From a virus (Duplodnaviria; Heunggongvirae; Uroviricota; Caudoviricetes): 9,670 nt of DNA. Position 1 is the stretch's first letter. Each line of letters opens with the position of its first letter. Where the stretch lies: positions 1 through 9,670 of the IMG/VR virus record IMGVR_UViG_2778261058_000021, one strand, 5' to 3'. A program made the translations under genes and the position numbers. Shown here piece after piece: positions 6,765 through 9,670 of this stretch. The notes below the pieces were generated by a model that was not told the DNA's origin, made no database searches, and was given only the letters and a program-made list of their open reading frames with translations.

Positions 6765-8711
6765 TTACTCAATGCGCACGAACAAACAGATAAAGCCTCT
6801 GTCGCCATACGTTGCACGATAACCTGACAGGGCCTGATAACGACCGGGAAAACTGAATGCCCCAGCACCACCCGCCTTTACTGAAGGTGTGGAACCGTAT
6901 GTCCCGGAATTATTAATTGCACAGTCGATAGCCACAGGACCAAGTCGCGACCCCGCCACTACATCCCCAAGGCCAATTTTTATTTCCTTATCCCCTGCCG
7001 CTGTTCCCTGATAGACCGCGAGAATAAGAGAGCCAACTGCCGGATATTTGTAATATGAGTACGGGCCATTGCCCGCTGTCCGGGACAACAAGAACGCCAG
7101 CGAATCGCCGTCGTAAATAATGGGGCTTACTGTTGCATTCCAGTTGTTTCCACTCCAGCGGTAAGTCAGGCGATGAATGCTGTGTTCGCCTTCGTAATAC
7201 TGGTTAAAACACAGCAGCGTTTTGAATTTGCGTATTGCATCTGATTCGTCATTATCAAAGGGCGACCACATCACATCCATGATGCCGTTAAATTTCGTGG
7301 TGCCCGCCAGTAGTGTGGAAGAGTCCGCAATACTGACCGCATAACGCCCCGGGGTGGCCTCTTTCAGCCATTCAGCAAAATCAGCCTGACCGTTAAATGC
7401 CAGGGCTTCGGTGCTGGTAAATGCCTGACCGAATCCATACATGCCGGACAGCGCCAGCCTGCCCGGTGTACGATCCCAGATATCAGATTGCGCGTCTTTT
7501 ACAGTTGTGTTGCCAGTTAATGGAGTAAGATCTCTCCATACAACAGGGGCTCCGTAGTCAGAGCCGCGAACGCAGGAAAGAATACGTCCGTCTCTTCCGT
7601 AAAACAGAATAAGTTTTGTTGCTGTCTGGCTGGTTTTGTCATTCTGCCAGTTGTCCAGCCAGATAAATTCGACCACACCAGTTAAATCACCTGATGACAT
7701 TGATGATGTGTAATACCGACCCGGACCTGTGTTCATGCATATCAACGCAAGCTCATCAAGATTTGTAATGCCGAGCACCATCCCCTCGTGCTCTGTCATT
7801 CCGTATCCAAATGCCCCCGGTAGCGCCAGCCTGCCTGGTGTGCGGTCGCGGATATTGCTCTGGGGCTCCATCGTCGCAGCCGCTTTCAGTTCAAGTTCCG
7901 TGCGCATGGCTTCAGGTGTGTCCAGTGCCAGTAATGCGCGGGCTTTTTCTGACAGCGGAGAGAGAGAAACATTCCCGTCCTGATTAAAGTACAGAAGATT
8001 ATCTGCCCGTTTCGTCAGTTCACTGATTGCCGTCAGCAAATCGTTCAGCGGTTGTTTACCCGCCAGCGCGTTAATGACCGTCGCCGAAAAGTTCGGGTCA
8101 TTGCCCAGCGCCGCTGCCAGTTCGTTCAGTGTGTCCAGGGCTTCCGGTGATGAGTCAACCAGTGCGGCGAGCAGTTTGCGAACAAACGCTGCGTTCGCCA
8201 TCTCCAGCCCGACCGCATCGTCTGGCGGAGTTGGTGTGGTTGGCGTGCCGGTGAACGCCGGGCTGTCCAGTGGCGCTTTTTTGTTTATTTCAGGAAAAAG
8301 ATCTACCTGCCAGCTCTGTGGAGGAACGGTAATTTGCGCAGCCTGAGCAATGCCGCTGTATATAATTGTGAAATTACGAATAAGTGATTCGCCTGTTACT
8401 TTTTGTTGAACAGGCGTCTTTATTACGCCGCATAGTGTTCCGCTGGCCTGATGGATAAGGCAAATCCAGTCATAACTGAATGCACAGTCATCAGGAACAA
8501 CCGCGCTACACACAATATTGTTCGGGCTTAACTGGCCGTAGGTCAGTTCATTCACAGCATATGTGATTTTTTCTTCCGGAACGGTATTATCTTCGCGCGC
8601 TGGTTCCCGCTCCATCAGAGCAAAAATAATAGCGTCAGGGCGTGCAGGTAAATTACTGGCTGTGCATTCAGCAACCCACTTTTCAAATGCTTTCGTCAAC
8701 AGTGCGCTCAT
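6765..8711 (-). CDS. tail fibre-like protein (648 aa) with an unrecognised ~145-aa N-terminal domain, a conserved fibre collar segment and an internally duplicated C-terminal region
   Basis: Segment NKKAPLDSPAFTGTPTTPT...AALVDSSPEALDTLNELAAALGNDPNFSATVINALAGKQP matches the conserved segment I recall in P2 gpH and lambda Stf. The C-terminal half holds two diverged copies of a domain starting QS.I.DRTPGRLAL.G..G.G. Starts 6 nt after the tfa stop. Confidence 0.8.
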   Translation of the reverse strand: MSALLTKAFEKWVAECTASNLPARPDAIIFALMEREPAREDNTVPEEKITYAVNELTYGQLSPNNIVCSAVVPDDCAFSYDWICLIHQASGTLCGVIKTPVQQKVTGESLIRNFTIIYSGIAQAAQITVPPQSWQVDLFPEINKKAPLDSPAFTGTPTTPTPPDDAVGLEMANAAFVRKLLAALVDSSPEALDTLNELAAALGNDPNFSATVINALAGKQPLNDLLTAISELTKRADNLLYFNQDGNVSLSPLSEKARALLALDTPEAMRTELELKAAATMEPQSNIRDRTPGRLALPGAFGYGMTEHEGMVLGITNLDELALICMNTGPGRYYTSSMSSGDLTGVVEFIWLDNWQNDKTSQTATKLILFYGRDGRILSCVRGSDYGAPVVWRDLTPLTGNTTVKDAQSDIWDRTPGRLALSGMYGFGQAFTSTEALAFNGQADFAEWLKEATPGRYAVSIADSSTLLAGTTKFNGIMDVMWSPFDNDESDAIRKFKTLLCFNQYYEGEHSIHRLTYRWSGNNWNATVSPIIYDGDSLAFLLSRTAGNGPYSYYKYPAVGSLILAVYQGTAAGDKEIKIGLGDVVAGSRLGPVAIDCAINNSGTYGSTPSVKAGGAGAFSFPGRYQALSGYRATYGDRGFICLFVRIE

Positions 8712-8717
8712 TACTTC

Positions 8718-9272
8718 TTAATTCTTGCTAATGTTCTGCGGTAATTCTGGCCATACAATCGCGGCATACGATGCTTTATCTGTAACCTGGCTGAATGTCA
8801 TCTCCCGTAACGTTTTTGTATAAATACGGCATGCTTTCAGTTTTTCCTTGTCTTCGTCGCTGATTAATCCCAGCAGCAGGTCTTTTTCCCACTCGCTAGT
8901 TATGATGCTGATCTGTTTTAACAGAGCATCACGCTCATCTTCCGCTTTAAGTTTGTGGTCGAAAACAAATTCATCATTGCGATAAAACCAGTATCCCGAC
9001 GCCTCAATGCGACGATTAGCGGTAATATCCGGCAATTCAATCACACTTTTATTTTCCGGGCAGATTGAGGTGATGTCTTTTCCGACCCAGACCACTTCGC
9101 CAGTTTCGGCATAAATAACTTTCAGAGTGTCTGGCTGAAATTTTTCCTGGGCTTCGTGCCATTCCTGGCCATCATCTGAGAACAGCCACAATAAAAATTT
9201 ATGCTGCCGCGCCAGCTGGTATTGCTCAATTGTTTTGGGGTTTTGTGCCGTAAGATTTTTTAAGTGCATCAT
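8718..9272 (-). CDS. tail fibre assembly protein (P2 gpG / Mu U family, 184 aa)
   Basis: N-terminus MMHLKNLTAQNPKTIEQYQL closely resembles the P2 gpG / Mu U N-terminus (M.HLKN....NPKTKEQYQL) as I recall it; PDITANRR and C-terminal WPELP motifs are also present. Starts 2 nt after the upstream fibre stop. Confidence 0.85.
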   Translation of the reverse strand: MMHLKNLTAQNPKTIEQYQLARQHKFLLWLFSDDGQEWHEAQEKFQPDTLKVIYAETGEVVWVGKDITSICPENKSVIELPDITANRRIEASGYWFYRNDEFVFDHKLKAEDERDALLKQISIITSEWEKDLLLGLISDEDKEKLKACRIYTKTLREMTFSQVTDKASYAAIVWPELPQNISKN

Positions 9273-9274
9273 GA

Positions 9275-9670
9275 TTACAAACTCGCTACATTCCGCCAGA
9301 CGCCATTAATCAGAACCTGTACCGGGCGGGCATTGGCCCAGTCCATACTTTCACCACCATCAAGACCGCTGATAAGGTGACCTGATGGTGCATTCCCGCC
9401 ACGCCCAATACCAATGGCACTGCCCAGACGCACATCCTGTACACCGCCTGTTTTGGCCTGATAGCGGGCATCAAAGTTTCCGTAGTTTGATGGAACCATC
9501 TGCCCGTTTACAGCGAACGTTATACTGTTATCCGTATTCCTCTGACTGTAAAAATGCCAGCCGGAATCATCGCCAAGCTCTGCAACTACAGGTCGGGATG
9601 AATTACCCCATAAACTAAACGTTGCGTTTTTCGTGGAGTTGTTGGCGCTGGATAACGTGAATTTTTTAGC
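9275..9670 (-). CDS. tail fibre protein, C-terminal part only (P2 gpH-like); the reading frame stays open to the window edge
   Basis: I translated the frame upstream of the listed 74-aa ORF and it stays open to 9670: ...NSTKNATFSLWGNSSRPVVAELGDDSGWHFYSQRNTDNSITFAVNGQMVPSNYGNFDARY...LINGVWRNVASL. This is close to the P2 gpH C-terminus as I remember it (STKNITFNLWGASTRPVVAELGDEAGWHFYSQRNTDNSVIFAVNGQMQPSNWGNFDSRY...INGTWYNVAQV). TAA at 9277-9275. Confidence 0.85.
   Translation of the reverse strand, partial: AKKFTLSSANNSTKNATFSLWGNSSRPVVAELGDDSGWHFYSQRNTDNSITFAVNGQMVPSNYGNFDARYQAKTGGVQDVRLGSAIGIGRGGNAPSGHLISGLDGGESMDWANARPVQVLINGVWRNVASL

Noticed and set aside
6765-8711. Diversity-generating retroelement targeting the fibre gene
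   Set aside because: No reverse-transcriptase ORF is in the window. The two related segments (7452-7480 and 7823-7851) are both in-frame coding repeats inside the same gene rather than a non-coding template repeat, and they show no adenine-specific mismatch pattern.
3503-9618. Numerous 60-190 aa ORFs nested in other frames or antisense within the phage genes (for example 3503-3733, 3835-4113, 4291-4839, 4901-5281, 5682-6125, 6353-6701, 7729-7983, 8074-8346, 9385-9618)
   Set aside because: All lie entirely inside longer ORFs that have family-level support or operon context. Their translations are Arg/Cys/Ser-rich as expected for off-frame reads of GC-rich coding DNA.
6169-9670. Invertible host-range segment (Gin/Cin/Pin-type)
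   Set aside because: All fibre and chaperone genes are co-directional, no invertase ORF is present in the window, and I found no gix/cix-like inverted crossover sites at the gene junctions (6751-6764, 8712-8717, 9273-9274).
1-9670. CRISPR array, tRNA/tmRNA genes, IS element or integrase
   Set aside because: No regularly spaced repeat-spacer array, no cloverleaf-like tRNA candidate at the junctions, and no transposase- or integrase-like ORF. The only repeats are the short motifs reported above.

Overview
Enterobacterial (Escherichia-like) chromosomal window in which a phage tail-fibre region abuts the housekeeping gene flk. All protein matches below are from memory of family sequences, not from a search. 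Left end: complete flk (1-996, minus). Then a visibly AT-rich orphan gene (1316-2056, plus) for a zinc-ribbon/single-TM protein, a bidirectional terminator, and a hok-family type I toxin gene (2249-2389, minus) that is too short to appear in the ORF track. An ~800 bp non-coding stretch follows, holding a plus-strand terminator (possible sok-like antisense RNA), a GATC cluster and three TTTACGT direct repeats. The rest (3218-9670) is one dense minus-strand operon: a partial P2 gpH-like tail-fibre C-terminus running off the window, a P2 gpG / Mu U-like tail-fibre assembly gene, a second tail-fibre-like gene with an unrecognised N-terminal domain, and four tightly packed ORFs I cannot assign. No sheath, tube, integrase, invertase, reverse transcriptase, tRNA or CRISPR array is present, so this looks like the distal end of a P2/Mu-type prophage or a degraded remnant. 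The two best candidates for something undescribed are the four-gene unassigned module (3218-6750) and the AT-rich zinc-ribbon membrane protein next to hok; neither function can be established from sequence alone.
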